Source: Candidatus Eiseniibacteriota bacterium (lineage in GTDB: Bacteria; Eisenbacteria; RBG-16-71-46). From it: 64,000 nucleotides of DNA. Position 1 is the first letter of the stretch, and the number at the start of each line of letters is the position of its first letter. The stretch is from positions 3,520,001 to 3,584,000 of the forward strand of contig OY970342.1 of NCBI GenBank assembly GCA_963717505.1, read 5' to 3'. The position numbers were made by a program, and so were the translations under genes. This document shows, piece by piece, positions 9,013 to 18,597 of this stretch. The notes beneath the pieces were generated by a model that saw only the letters and a program-made list of their open reading frames with translations, did no database searches and was not told where the DNA came from.

Positions 9013-10188
9013 ATGTCACTGCTCAAGGACGGCCTGCCCCCCGAATGGACCGCGGGGGACCCTGAGCACCTGTTGCCGGACTGGTCGACGCGAGTCGCGG
9101 AGTTGGCCGCGATCGACTCCGAGGTCGCGAACGCCACCACACTTTACGGGGGCGCCATCGCCGGCGCCCCGGACCCGGCAGCACTGGTGCTGCGTCACGC
9201 GACAGCACTCGGGCGCGAGCGCGGGGCCCTGACTCACGCGCTGGCCGAGCTGCCGAGCCTCGCGATCGAGCAACGCCGGGTCCGCGGCCGTTCGCTCAAT
9301 CTCGCCAAGCGCCTGCTCGAGGACCTCGAGCGCGCCAAGCGCGCCGACCTGGCGCGCGCCGCCGAAGCCCGAGACGTGGTCGACGTCACCGTCCCCGGCC
9401 GCCGCCCGTGGGTCGGCCGCCGCCACGTGCTGCTCCAGATCTTCGACGAGCTGCTCGATCTGTTCCACGGCCTCGGCTACTCGGTGTACACGAGCCCCGA
9501 AGTCGAGAGCGACGCCTTGAACTTCGGCAAGCTCAATTTCCCGCCCGATCATCCGGCGCGCGACGCGCACGACACGTACTTCGTGGCGCCGCCCCCGGGT
9601 AGCGCGGCGCCGGTCGCGGGAGAGGAGCTGCTGCTCCGCACCCACACTTCGCCCGGCTGGGTGCGCGCGATGCAGGAGCGCAAGCCGCCGCTTCGACTGG
9701 TGTTCCCCGGCCGCGTGTTTCGCGCCGAGCAGATCGACGCCAGCCACATGGATCAGTTCCACCAGATCGACGGGCTCTACGTGGATCGCAACGTCAGCAT
9801 GGCGGACCTCAAGGCCACGCTGAACACCTTCGCGCGCTCGATCTACGGCGCCGAGGTGCGCACGCGGCTGATTCCCATCTACTTCCCGTTCGTCGAGCCG
9901 GGTGCTCAGCTCGACGTCTCGTGCGTGATCTGCGGCGGCGGGGGCGTGGTGCGCGACGCCGCCGGCGAGCGGCGTTGCTCGGTGTGCAAGGGCTCGGGCT
10001 GGCTCGAGGTACTCGGCGCCGGCATGGTGCACCCGAACGTGTTCCGTGCGGTCGGCTACGACCCCGAGCAGGTCACCGGCTTCGCCTTCGGGATGGGCAT
10101 CGAACGGATCGCGATGCTGCGCCACGGCATCCCCGAGATCCGCTTGTTCCTCGAGAACGACGTTCGCTTCCTCGGGCAGTTCGCATGA
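9013..10188 (+). CDS. pheS: Phenylalanyl-tRNA synthetase alpha subunit
   Basis: HPARDAHDTY, LLRTHTS, FHQIDGL, YFPFVEP, WLEVLGAGMVHPNV, GFAFGMGIERIAM. Confidence 0.95.
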   Translation: MSLLKDGLPPEWTAGDPEHLLPDWSTRVAELAAIDSEVANATTLYGGAIAGAPDPAALVLRHATALGRERGALTHALAELPSLAIEQRRVRGRSLNLAKRLLEDLERAKRADLARAAEARDVVDVTVPGRRPWVGRRHVLLQIFDELLDLFHGLGYSVYTSPEVESDALNFGKLNFPPDHPARDAHDTYFVAPPPGSAAPVAGEELLLRTHTSPGWVRAMQERKPPLRLVFPGRVFRAEQIDASHMDQFHQIDGLYVDRNVSMADLKATLNTFARSIYGAEVRTRLIPIYFPFVEPGAQLDVSCVICGGGGVVRDAAGERRCSVCKGSGWLEVLGAGMVHPNVFRAVGYDPEQVTGFAFGMGIERIAMLRHGIPEIRLFLENDVRFLGQFA

Positions 10189-12641
10189 AGCTGCCGCTCT
10201 CCTGGCTCCGCGACTGGATCGAGGTCGACGCCGACGCCCCGGCGATCGCCGCGGCCCTGACCCGCCGCGGCTTCTACGTCGAGGGCGTCGAGACCCGCGG
10301 CACGACCTTCACCGGCGTGGTGGTCGCGCGCGTGCTCGACGTCCAGCGCCACCCGAACGCCGACAAGCTGACGCTGTGCCGGGTCGACGGCGGCGCCGGC
10401 GAGCTGAGCGTGGTGTGCGGTGCACCCAACGTGCGCGCCGGAATGATCGTGCCGCTGGCCACGGTCGGCGCCAAGTTGCCGGGCGGGGTCACGATCAAGC
10501 GCTCGAAGATCCGGGGCGAGGAAAGCCAGGGCATGCTGTGCTCGGCCCGCGAGCTCGAGCTGTCGGACGACCACGAGGGCATCGTCGACCTCGAGCGCTG
10601 GCTCGGGGCTCAGGGTCGCTCGGCCGACGGCAAGTCACTGACTCCGGGCCGCCGATTCGAAGAGCTGCTGGCGCCGCCCGAGACCGTGATCGACATCGAG
10701 ATCCCGTTCAATCGCCCGGACGGCATGGGCGTGGTCGGTCTGGCGCGCGAGATCAAAGCTGCCTTCGGCGGTCGTTGGACCCCGAAGGCGCAAGCACGGC
10801 TCGACGCGCGCTACGAAGGCGCCGGCGGGTTCGACCTCGAGGTCGAGGACACCGAAGGCTGCCCGCACTACCTGGCGCGCATCGTCATCAACGTGGTGGT
10901 CGCCGCTTCGCCGCCGTGGCTGGTCCAGCGGCTCGAGGCGATCGGCCAGCGATCGATCAACAACGTCGTCGACCTCACCAATCTGGTGCTGTTCGAGTTC
11001 GGCCAGCCGCTGCACGCCTTCGACCTGGATCGACTCAAGGGGCTCGCGATCCGCGTGCGCCGGGCGCGGGCGGGGGAGGTCATCACCACACTCGATGGCC
11101 GCGAGCGCGCACTCGACCCCGAGGTCCTGGTGATCGCTGACCGCGAGGCGCCGGTGGCGATTGCCGGCATCATGGGCGGGGCCCACAGCGAAGTCCACGA
11201 CGGCACCAAGCGGCTGCTGCTCGAGTGCGCGTGGTTCGACCCGCGCCGGGTGCGCCGCGGTTCGCGCGCCCTGGGCCTGTCGACCGATGCTTCCAAGCGA
11301 TTCGAGCGTGGGGTCGATCCCGAGGTCGGCCCGACCGCGACCCGGCGCTTCCTGGACCTGCTCGCCGAGCTCTCGCCCAAGTCCAAAGCCGGCCCCGGGC
11401 GCGAGCGGGGTGCGGCCTCGCCCGCGGCGCCGATGATTCGGCTGCGCGCCGCGCGATGCACGCGACTGATCGGACGCGAGGTGTCGGAGGCCGACGCGCG
11501 ACGTCATCTCGAGGACCTCGAGTTCCGCGTCCAGGGTGGCGATCCGCTCGAAGTCACCGTGCCGGGCTGGCGGCGCGACGTCGCGATCGAGGACGACCTG
11601 GTCGAGGAGGTCGCGCGCTCGATGGGCTACGACTCGATCCCCGAGGCCCCGCTCGAAACCGGCGGTGTCCACGCGCTCCGCACGCCGGTGGAGCGGCGCC
11701 GCGAACAGGCCCGGCGTGCGATGCTCGCGCGCGGACTGATGGAAGCCTGCACCAGCTCCCTGGTCTCCGAAGTCGAGGCCGAGGCGACGGCTCGGCTGAT
11801 CGGTGTCGATCCTTCGCGTTGTGTGCGGCTCTCGAACCCGATGAGCCGCGAGCACGAGGTGCTGAGGCCGACGCCGCTCGCAGGACTGCTGCGCGCCGGC
11901 GCGCACAACCTGCGTCAGGGTGCTGCCGCGGTCCGGCTGTTCGAGATTGGCACCGGTTTCTCATGGCCGGGTCCGAAGGAAGCGGCGAGCGGCGCCGAAC
12001 GACGGCCGGTCGAGACCGCGTACGTTGCGGCACTGGTCAGCGGGCCGCGCTATGCCCACGCTCACGACCAGGCTCAGCGCCCGGTCGACTTCGAGGACGC
12101 CAAGGGACTGTGGGAGTCGTTCCTCGAGGAGATGGGCGTTGACGCTCCCGAGTGGCGGGCGTACTCTGCCGACGGCTGGAAACCCGGTGCCAGTGCTGAA
12201 GTTGCGCGTGCGGCTTCAACCATTGGATGGGCCGGAACCCTGGGCCAGGCGGTGCTCGGCCAATGGGAAATCGAGCAGCCGGTTCACGTGTTCGTGGCGA
12301 TGCTCGACGCCCTGGCGCCTGCCGGTGCGGCCCGAAAAGTCTGGCTCCCAGGCCGTTACCCGCCGGTCCGCCGCGACGTCGCGTTCCACGTCCCGGCGGC
12401 CGTCACCCACGACCGAATCGATCGGGTCCTCCGGTCGGCCGCGGGCGAACGATTGGTCGCCATCGAGCTGTTCGACGTGTACGCTGGACCCGGCACACCG
12501 GAGGGAATGAAGAGCCTGGCATTCGCGCTCCAGTTCCAGCATCCGGAACGCACGATGAACGAGGAAGAAGTTCAGTCGATTCAGGACCACATGGCCGCGG
12601 CGGTCGCGAAGGAATGCGGCGGCCGATTGAGAGACCGATGA
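10185..12641 (+). CDS. pheT: Phenylalanyl-tRNA synthetase beta subunit
   Basis: MKLPLSWLRDW, HPNADKL, VCGAPNV, RGEESQGMLCS, NRPD, GQPLHAFD, RFERGVD, RRDVAF; ATGA overlap with pheS. Confidence 0.96.
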   Translation: MKLPLSWLRDWIEVDADAPAIAAALTRRGFYVEGVETRGTTFTGVVVARVLDVQRHPNADKLTLCRVDGGAGELSVVCGAPNVRAGMIVPLATVGAKLPGGVTIKRSKIRGEESQGMLCSARELELSDDHEGIVDLERWLGAQGRSADGKSLTPGRRFEELLAPPETVIDIEIPFNRPDGMGVVGLAREIKAAFGGRWTPKAQARLDARYEGAGGFDLEVEDTEGCPHYLARIVINVVVAASPPWLVQRLEAIGQRSINNVVDLTNLVLFEFGQPLHAFDLDRLKGLAIRVRRARAGEVITTLDGRERALDPEVLVIADREAPVAIAGIMGGAHSEVHDGTKRLLLECAWFDPRRVRRGSRALGLSTDASKRFERGVDPEVGPTATRRFLDLLAELSPKSKAGPGRERGAASPAAPMIRLRAARCTRLIGREVSEADARRHLEDLEFRVQGGDPLEVTVPGWRRDVAIEDDLVEEVARSMGYDSIPEAPLETGGVHALRTPVERRREQARRAMLARGLMEACTSSLVSEVEAEATARLIGVDPSRCVRLSNPMSREHEVLRPTPLAGLLRAGAHNLRQGAAAVRLFEIGTGFSWPGPKEAASGAERRPVETAYVAALVSGPRYAHAHDQAQRPVDFEDAKGLWESFLEEMGVDAPEWRAYSADGWKPGASAEVARAASTIGWAGTLGQAVLGQWEIEQPVHVFVAMLDALAPAGAARKVWLPGRYPPVRRDVAFHVPAAVTHDRIDRVLRSAAGERLVAIELFDVYAGPGTPEGMKSLAFALQFQHPERTMNEEEVQSIQDHMAAAVAKECGGRLRDR

Positions 12642-12937
12642 CCCTCGACATGACAGTCATGCAGTCCGACCTCGACCGGCTCGCCGAGCGGGTCGAGAAG
12701 GCGGCTGAGTTGGTGCACCGGTTGCGCGACGAGCAGCAGAAGCTGCTGCGCGAGCGCGCCGAGTTGGCTCAGCGGTTGGAGGAAACGGAGCGCAAGCTCC
12801 AAGGTCAGGACGTGGCGGCGCTGGTGCAGGAGCTGGCGACGTTGCGCCGTGAACAGAAGGATTGGCAGACGGAACGTCGTGATGTGGCCTCGCGCGTCGA
12901 GGGCATGCTGCGCAAGCTCGAGAAGCTCGAGGCATAG
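12638..12937 (+). CDS. Coiled-coil protein, ZapB-like
   Basis: 99 aa heptad-rich helix (LDRLAERVEKAAELV...RVEGMLRKLEKLE) between pheT and zapA. Confidence 0.65.
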   Translation: MTLDMTVMQSDLDRLAERVEKAAELVHRLRDEQQKLLRERAELAQRLEETERKLQGQDVAALVQELATLRREQKDWQTERRDVASRVEGMLRKLEKLEA

Positions 12938-13044
12938 AACGGCCGGGCTGCGGGGCGCGGGGTGACCCGTGACACCGCGGACGGCATGCAACATACCGAT
13001 CGAGACCAGAGCGCAGGAAAACGGAACGGCAAGATGGAGGCGCC

Positions 13045-13356
13045 ATGGTCGCCAAAAACGTCGTCCAGGTAGAGATCTTCGGACATTCCTATACCATCCG
13101 CGGTGAAGCCCAGCAGGAGTACATCCTGGACGTCGCCGCCTACGTGGACCGCAAGATGCGTGAGATCACCGAGAAACTGCCGGTGGCCTCGCTGTCGAAG
13201 GTGGCGATCCTCGCGTCTCTCAATATTGCAGATGAGTTGTTCAAGGAGCGTACCCGGCGCGAGAACGAGGAGCGCGATCTGCGCGACTGGAGCTCGCGGA
13301 CGGCCAAGCTCACCGCGGTCCTGGATGAAGCCCTCCAGACCGGCGGTCCGGCCTGA
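13045..13356 (+). CDS. zapA: Cell division protein ZapA
   Basis: V.VEIFGHSYTIRG, AAYVDRKMREI, VAILASLNIADEL. Confidence 0.9.
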   Translation: MVAKNVVQVEIFGHSYTIRGEAQQEYILDVAAYVDRKMREITEKLPVASLSKVAILASLNIADELFKERTRRENEERDLRDWSSRTAKLTAVLDEALQTGGPA

Positions 13357-13383
13357 AAGGCGGCGCGACGACTCATCCTCCGA

Positions 13384-13603
13384 GTCCCTGCCGAGTTCGT
13401 GATGTCCAGGTGTTCTTGAACCAACACTTTCATTCAGGGCGTTTCGGTGGCTGGCAACGCCACGCTCCTAACCCGCGAAGTCCCGATCGGCGTCTCGCGC
13501 CGTAGGGAACCGCGGATCGGAGATCGCAGACCCGGTCGAAGACACGCCCACCTGGTTCGCCAGGTCTCAAGAACACGATAGGCACACGGCTCGGCGGGGT
13601 CCT
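13384..13603 (+). ncRNA. ssrS: 6S RNA
   Basis: Terminal stem CCCTGCCGAG (13386) pairs with CTCGGCGGGG (13590); GTGTTCTTGA/TCAAGAACAC stem; A/U-rich bubble; CCCACCTG motif; canonical zapA-ssrS-rny position. Confidence 0.85.
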
Positions 13604-13656
13604 TTTCCCGCCTCTGGCTCCGGCGCGATGCGAGTCGCGCCGGAACGGAGGGGAAC

Positions 13657-15216
13657 GTGGACCTCACCATCATCGGCGGCGTCGCCTTCGGCGCCGTCGT
13701 GGTCTTTGCCGCGGGCTATTTGTTCCGTGCCCAGCTCGGGCGCACCCGCGTCCAGGGCTCGGAGCGCCGAGCCGCCACCGTCCTCGAAGACGCCGCGCGC
13801 GAGTCCGACTCGCTGAAGCGCAATGCCGTGCTCGAGGGCCGCGAGGAAGCCCTTCGCCTCAAGCAACAGGTCGAGCGCGAGATGCTCCAGGCGCGCAACA
13901 CCCAGCTCGCCGCCGAGCGCGCGTTCCAGGAGAAAGAAGCCGCCTTCGGCCGCCGGGTCGAGCTGATCGAGAAGATGGACCGCGATCTGAAGCGGCTCGA
14001 CAACGACCTCGGCCAGCGCGAGCGCGCGGTGGCCGCGCGCGGGGAAGAGCTGGACCGCATGCTCGGCGAGGAAAAGGTCCGGCTCGAGCGCATCGCTGGG
14101 ATGAGCGCCGATGAGGCGCGCGCGCAGCTGGTCGGCGCGATCGAGAGCGAAGCGCGGGCCGAGGCCGCCCGGCGCGTGACCGAGATCCGCGACGCCGCCC
14201 AGCGCGACGGCGAGCGTGAGGCGCGCAAGATCATCGTGCTCGCCATGCAGCGTTACGCCGCCGACCACGTGTCCGACCATTCGGTCTCGGTCGTCCACCT
14301 GCCGAGCGACGACATGAAGGGCCGGATCATCGGCCGCGAGGGTCGCAACATCCGGTCGTTCGAGATCATCACCGGCGTCGACGTCATCATCGACGACACT
14401 CCCGAGGCGGTGATCCTGTCCGGCTTCGACCCGGTGCGGCGCGAAGTCGCGCGCCTGGCGCTCGAGCGGCTGGTCGCCGACGGTCGCATCCATCCGGCGC
14501 GGATCGAGGAAGTCGTCGCCAAGGTGCAGACCGAGGTCGAGGCCAAGATCCGCGAGCTGGGCGAGATGGCGTGCCTCGAAGCCGGCGTGCACGGCATCCA
14601 CCCCGAGCTCCAGAATCTGCTCGGCCGACTCCAGTACCGGACCTCGTATGGGCAGAACATCCTGCGCCACTCGATCGAGGTCGCGCGGCTGGCCGGCATG
14701 ATGGCGGCCGAGATCGGCATGGACGAGAAGACCGCGCGGCGCGGCGGCCTGCTGCACGATATCGGCAAGGCGATCGACCACGACCACGAAGGCAGTCATC
14801 CGGCGCTCGGCATGGAGGTCGCGCAGCGCTACGGCGAGCCGCAGGCGGTGCTCGAGGCGATCGGCTACCACCACGACGACTACGCTGGCGGCAGCCTGTG
14901 GCCGGTCCTGATCTCGGCCGCCGACGCGATCTCGGGTGCCCGGCCCGGGGCGCGTCGCGAGAGCCTCGAGGTCTACATCAAGCGACTCGAAGCACTCGAG
15001 AAGATCGCGAGCGGCTTCGCCGGGGTCGAGAAGTCGTACGCGATCCAGGCCGGGCGCGAGGTGCGCATCATGGTCGAGCACCGGAGCGTGGACGACGCGC
15101 GCGCGCAGGGCCTCGCGGGCGAGATCGCGCGCCGGATCGAGAAAGAACTCGAATACCCGGGCCAGATCCGGGTCACGGTGATCCGCGAGACGCGCGCCGT
15201 GGACTACGCCAAGTAA
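13657..15216 (+). CDS. rny: Ribonuclease Y
   Basis: N-terminal TM, coiled coil, KH ([14 protein letters not shown]), HD (LLHDIGK), [22 protein letters not shown]. Confidence 0.96.
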   Translation: MDLTIIGGVAFGAVVVFAAGYLFRAQLGRTRVQGSERRAATVLEDAARESDSLKRNAVLEGREEALRLKQQVEREMLQARNTQLAAERAFQEKEAAFGRRVELIEKMDRDLKRLDNDLGQRERAVAARGEELDRMLGEEKVRLERIAGMSADEARAQLVGAIESEARAEAARRVTEIRDAAQRDGEREARKIIVLAMQRYAADHVSDHSVSVVHLPSDDMKGRIIGREGRNIRSFEIITGVDVIIDDTPEAVILSGFDPVRREVARLALERLVADGRIHPARIEEVVAKVQTEVEAKIRELGEMACLEAGVHGIHPELQNLLGRLQYRTSYGQNILRHSIEVARLAGMMAAEIGMDEKTARRGGLLHDIGKAIDHDHEGSHPALGMEVAQRYGEPQAVLEAIGYHHDDYAGGSLWPVLISAADAISGARPGARRESLEVYIKRLEALEKIASGFAGVEKSYAIQAGREVRIMVEHRSVDDARAQGLAGEIARRIEKELEYPGQIRVTVIRETRAVDYAK

Positions 15217-15224
15217 GGAACGCG

Positions 15225-16919
15225 ATGCTCCGCATACTGTTCGTCGCCGACGTCGTCGGTTCACCCGGACGCAAAGCCTTGCGCGCGCTGCTGCCCGGGC
15301 TCAAGCGCCAGCACAACGTCGACCTGGTGATCGTCAATGCCGAGAACTCCGCCGCCGGGTTCGGGCTCACGCCCGACGCCGGCGCCGAGCTGTTCGCGGC
15401 CGGCGCCGACGTGCTGACCGGTGGGAATCATCTCTGGGACAAGAAGGACAGCCACGACTACCTGGCGAGCGAGTCGCGCCTGGTGCGACCCGCCAACATG
15501 CCCGAGGGCACCCCCGGCCGCGGCTTTGCCGTGTTCCCGGCGCGCGACGGCACGCCGGTCGGCGTCGTCAACCTGCTCGGGCGGGTCTTCATGCGCGAGA
15601 TCGATTCGCCGTTCGCGGCCGCCGATCGCGCGGTGGCCGCACTCCGGGAGGAAACGCGCGTCGTGTTCGTCGACTTCCACGCCGAGACCACCGCCGAGAA
15701 GATGGCGCTCGGCTGGCATCTCGACGGCCGCGTCAGCGCCGTGGTCGGCACGCACACGCACGTTCAGACCGCCGACGAGCGCATTCTGCCGCGCGGTACC
15801 GCGTTCCTGACCGATGCCGGCATGACCGGCGGCTTCGATTCGGTGATCGGCATGGAGCGGAGCGCGGCCCTGCGCCGCTTCATCTCGCTCATGCCGGAAA
15901 GGCTGTCGCCCGCCGACGGCGATCCCCGGGTGAACGCCGTCGTGGTCACGATCGATCCGGCGAGCGGGCACGCCACGGCGATCGAGCGCATCCAGGTTTC
16001 GTACCGCCCTGGCGCTCCGACGGGCACGGCGCGTCTGCTGAGCGGCGACGAGCCGGCGCAACGGGTGCGCGATCTCGCGGCGCTCGAAGTCGCGCGGCTG
16101 CGCAACGCCGGCGTGGCGCCATGCCTGGCGTTGGTCGCGGTCGGCGAGGATCCGGCCTCCCAGGTCTACCTCAAGCGCAAGGAGAAGGCGTGCGCCGAGG
16201 CCGGGATCGCCGTGCGGCGAGTGGCGCTCGCGGCCGGCAGCGACACCCGAACGGTCGTCGATCGGGTGCGTGCACTGGGCGACGATGCCGCGGTGCACGG
16301 GATTCTGGTTCAGCTGCCACTCGCGGCCCCGGCCGACGCCCAGGCGGTGCTGGAATCGATCCCTCCGGAGAAGGACGTGGATGGATTCCATCCGGTCAAC
16401 GCCGGCCGGCTGGCGCTGGGACTGCCGTGCCTCGTGCCCGCACACGCCGCGGGCATCCTCGAGCTGCTCCGCCACCACGAGATTCCGCTGGCCGGGGCGC
16501 ACGCGGTCGTGCTCGGGCGCAGCAACATCGTCGGCCGTCCGCTGGCCACCCTGCTCTCGAGTCGCGGCGTCGACGCGACCGTGACCCTCGGCCACAGCGG
16601 GAGCGGGCCCAAGCTCGCCGAGCTGGCGCGTTCCGCCGACCTGCTGGTCGTGGCCATGGGCCGCGCCGAGTCGGTGACCGCCGACTGGGTCAAGCCCGGC
16701 GCCACGGTGGTCGACGTTGGCATCCACCGGGTACCGGACGACACGCGTCGTGGCGGCGCGCGACTGGTCGGCGACGTCGATAGTAACTCGGTGTCGCGGG
16801 TTGCGGGTGCACTGACGCCGGTGCCCGGAGGGGTGGGGCCGATGACCGTGGCCATGGTCGTTTCCAACCTGGCCCTGGCGGCTGCCCGCCAGACGGTGGG
16901 TGTCGAGGCCGCGCGATGA
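15225..16919 (+). CDS. Fusion of a YmdB/TIGR00282-type metallophosphoesterase (N-term) and FolD (C-term)
   Basis: N: DVVG, NAEN, GNH.WD, DFHAE, GTHTHVQTAD, TDAGMTG. C: VGEDPAS.VYLKRK, GILVQLPL, KDVDG, GRSNIVG.P, DVG, TPVPGGVGPMT. One uninterrupted 564-aa frame. Confidence 0.88.
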   Translation: MLRILFVADVVGSPGRKALRALLPGLKRQHNVDLVIVNAENSAAGFGLTPDAGAELFAAGADVLTGGNHLWDKKDSHDYLASESRLVRPANMPEGTPGRGFAVFPARDGTPVGVVNLLGRVFMREIDSPFAAADRAVAALREETRVVFVDFHAETTAEKMALGWHLDGRVSAVVGTHTHVQTADERILPRGTAFLTDAGMTGGFDSVIGMERSAALRRFISLMPERLSPADGDPRVNAVVVTIDPASGHATAIERIQVSYRPGAPTGTARLLSGDEPAQRVRDLAALEVARLRNAGVAPCLALVAVGEDPASQVYLKRKEKACAEAGIAVRRVALAAGSDTRTVVDRVRALGDDAAVHGILVQLPLAAPADAQAVLESIPPEKDVDGFHPVNAGRLALGLPCLVPAHAAGILELLRHHEIPLAGAHAVVLGRSNIVGRPLATLLSSRGVDATVTLGHSGSGPKLAELARSADLLVVAMGRAESVTADWVKPGATVVDVGIHRVPDDTRRGGARLVGDVDSNSVSRVAGALTPVPGGVGPMTVAMVVSNLALAAARQTVGVEAAR

Positions 16920-18280
16920 CCGTGAGCCCCGCGACCACCGACCGCATGCTCTCGGTGCTCGAGTTGACCCGGATGATCAAGGGCACGCTCGAGGGCGAGT
17001 ACTCGAACCTGTGGGTGCGAGGCGAGCTGTCGAACCTCAAGCGTCACCAGAACGGCCACATCTATTTCAGCCTCAAGGAAGGAACGGCGGCGGTACTGCC
17101 GTGCGCCCTGTTCCGCCGCGAAGCCCAATCCCTCGGGTTCGAGCCGTCCGAGGGCGCCGAAGTCGAGGCGTTCGGCGAGATCTCGGTGTGGGAGCCACGC
17201 GGGGCCTACCAGTTCATCGTCCGCCAGATGCGCCCGGCCGGGCTCGGCGCGCTGCTCATCGAATTCGAGAAGCTGAAGCAGCGGCTGGCGGCCGAGGGTC
17301 TGTTCGAGGTCTCGCGCAAACGACCGTTGCCGCGATTTCCGCGCCGCGTCGGTCTCGTGACCTCGCCGGTCGGCGCCGCGGTGCGCGACATGGTCAAGGT
17401 GCTGCACGACCGCTGGCCGGCGTTGGGCATCGTGTTGGCGCCGGTGCGGGTCCAGGGCGAGGGTGCGGCCGAGGAGATCGCGACCGCGATCGAGCGCTTC
17501 AACCGCTACGGTCAGGTCGACGTGCTGATCGTCGGCCGCGGGGGCGGCTCGATCGAGGACCTGTGGGCGTTCAACGAGGAGCGCGTGGTGCGCGCGATCG
17601 CCGCGTCTGAGATTCCGGTGGTCTCGGCGGTCGGTCACGAAACCGACATCACGCTCGCCGACCTGGTCGCCGACGTTCGCGCGGCGACCCCGTCGAACGC
17701 CGCCGAGATCGTGGCGCCGCGCGCCGCCGATCTCTTGATCCAGGTCGCCGAGCGTGACGCTCGGGTGCGCCGCGGCATGCGCGCGGCCCTCGATGAGCGC
17801 GCGCGGCGCGTGCGCGAGCTGACCGAGAAGCACGGCTTCCGCCGCATTCACGACCTGTTCGGCTTCTGGCAGAAGGATCTGGCCGACCTGTTCGAGCGCC
17901 TGGCCAGCGCCTGGAACGCGCGGCTCCATTCGACCCGCCACCGACTGCTGCGCTTCAGCGACAGCTTCGTCCTGCGCGACTGGCCGCGGACCCTGACGCA
18001 CCGCCACGCCGAGATCGTGCGGCTGGCCGCCGGGCTCGGCCGGGCGCACGCCCGCGGTTTCGAGGATCGCCGCCGCCGAAACGCCGCGCTCGCCGATCGC
18101 CTGCGCGCACTGTCGCCGCGGCTGGTGCTCGAGCGTGGCTATTGCCTGGCGCGCGCTGCCGACGGTAGTGTGCTGCGCGGGGTCGAGCGGTTGACCGCCG
18201 GCGACCGGCTCACGCTCGAATTCGCGCGCGGCGAGGCCGACGCCCGAGTCGAGACCGTGCGCCCCGCCGGAACCCCCTAG
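16916..18280 (+). CDS. xseA: Exodeoxyribonuclease VII large subunit
   Basis: WVRGELSN, GHIYFSLK, GRGGGSIEDLWAFNEE, SAVGHETD, RAATPS, LERGY. Confidence 0.95.
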   Translation: MTVSPATTDRMLSVLELTRMIKGTLEGEYSNLWVRGELSNLKRHQNGHIYFSLKEGTAAVLPCALFRREAQSLGFEPSEGAEVEAFGEISVWEPRGAYQFIVRQMRPAGLGALLIEFEKLKQRLAAEGLFEVSRKRPLPRFPRRVGLVTSPVGAAVRDMVKVLHDRWPALGIVLAPVRVQGEGAAEEIATAIERFNRYGQVDVLIVGRGGGSIEDLWAFNEERVVRAIAASEIPVVSAVGHETDITLADLVADVRAATPSNAAEIVAPRAADLLIQVAERDARVRRGMRAALDERARRVRELTEKHGFRRIHDLFGFWQKDLADLFERLASAWNARLHSTRHRLLRFSDSFVLRDWPRTLTHRHAEIVRLAAGLGRAHARGFEDRRRRNAALADRLRALSPRLVLERGYCLARAADGSVLRGVERLTAGDRLTLEFARGEADARVETVRPAGTP

Positions 18281-18294
18281 CCATCGAGGAGCCG

Positions 18295-18597
18295 ATGCCC
18301 GCGCGTAAGAGCACCGAACCGACTACCGGTGAGAGTCTCACCTTCGAGGCTGCACTCGACCGCCTGCAGACCATCGTGGGCGAGCTGGAGGGCGGCACGC
18401 TCTCACTCGAAGACTCGATCGCGCGTTATGAAGAGGGTATGAAGCTGTCGCGCCGGCTCACCGAGGAACTCGAGCGCGCCGAGAAGCGCATCGAGCGTCT
18501 GGTCCAGACCGCGAACGGCGAGCCGCGGACCCAGCCGATCGACCCCGCGAACGGACCTCGCGATCCAGACGACCGCGAGGGCGAGCTGCTGCTTTGA
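18295..18597 (+). CDS. xseB: Exodeoxyribonuclease VII small subunit
   Basis: TFEAALDRLQTIV..LE.G.LSLEDSI..YEEG. Confidence 0.93.
   Translation: MPARKSTEPTTGESLTFEAALDRLQTIVGELEGGTLSLEDSIARYEEGMKLSRRLTEELERAEKRIERLVQTANGEPRTQPIDPANGPRDPDDREGELLL

Noticed and set aside
9921-10000. CxxC...CxxC zinc-finger insert in PheS
   Set aside because: A known feature of many bacterial PheS proteins.
16432-16458. FolD motif reads 'PAHAAG' instead of P[C/A]TPxG, suggesting an altered active site
   Set aside because: CCCGCACACGCCGCGGGC becomes CCC GCC ACG CCC GCG GGC (PATPAG) by removing one A and adding one C. This looks like a compensated indel error similar to those in thrS.
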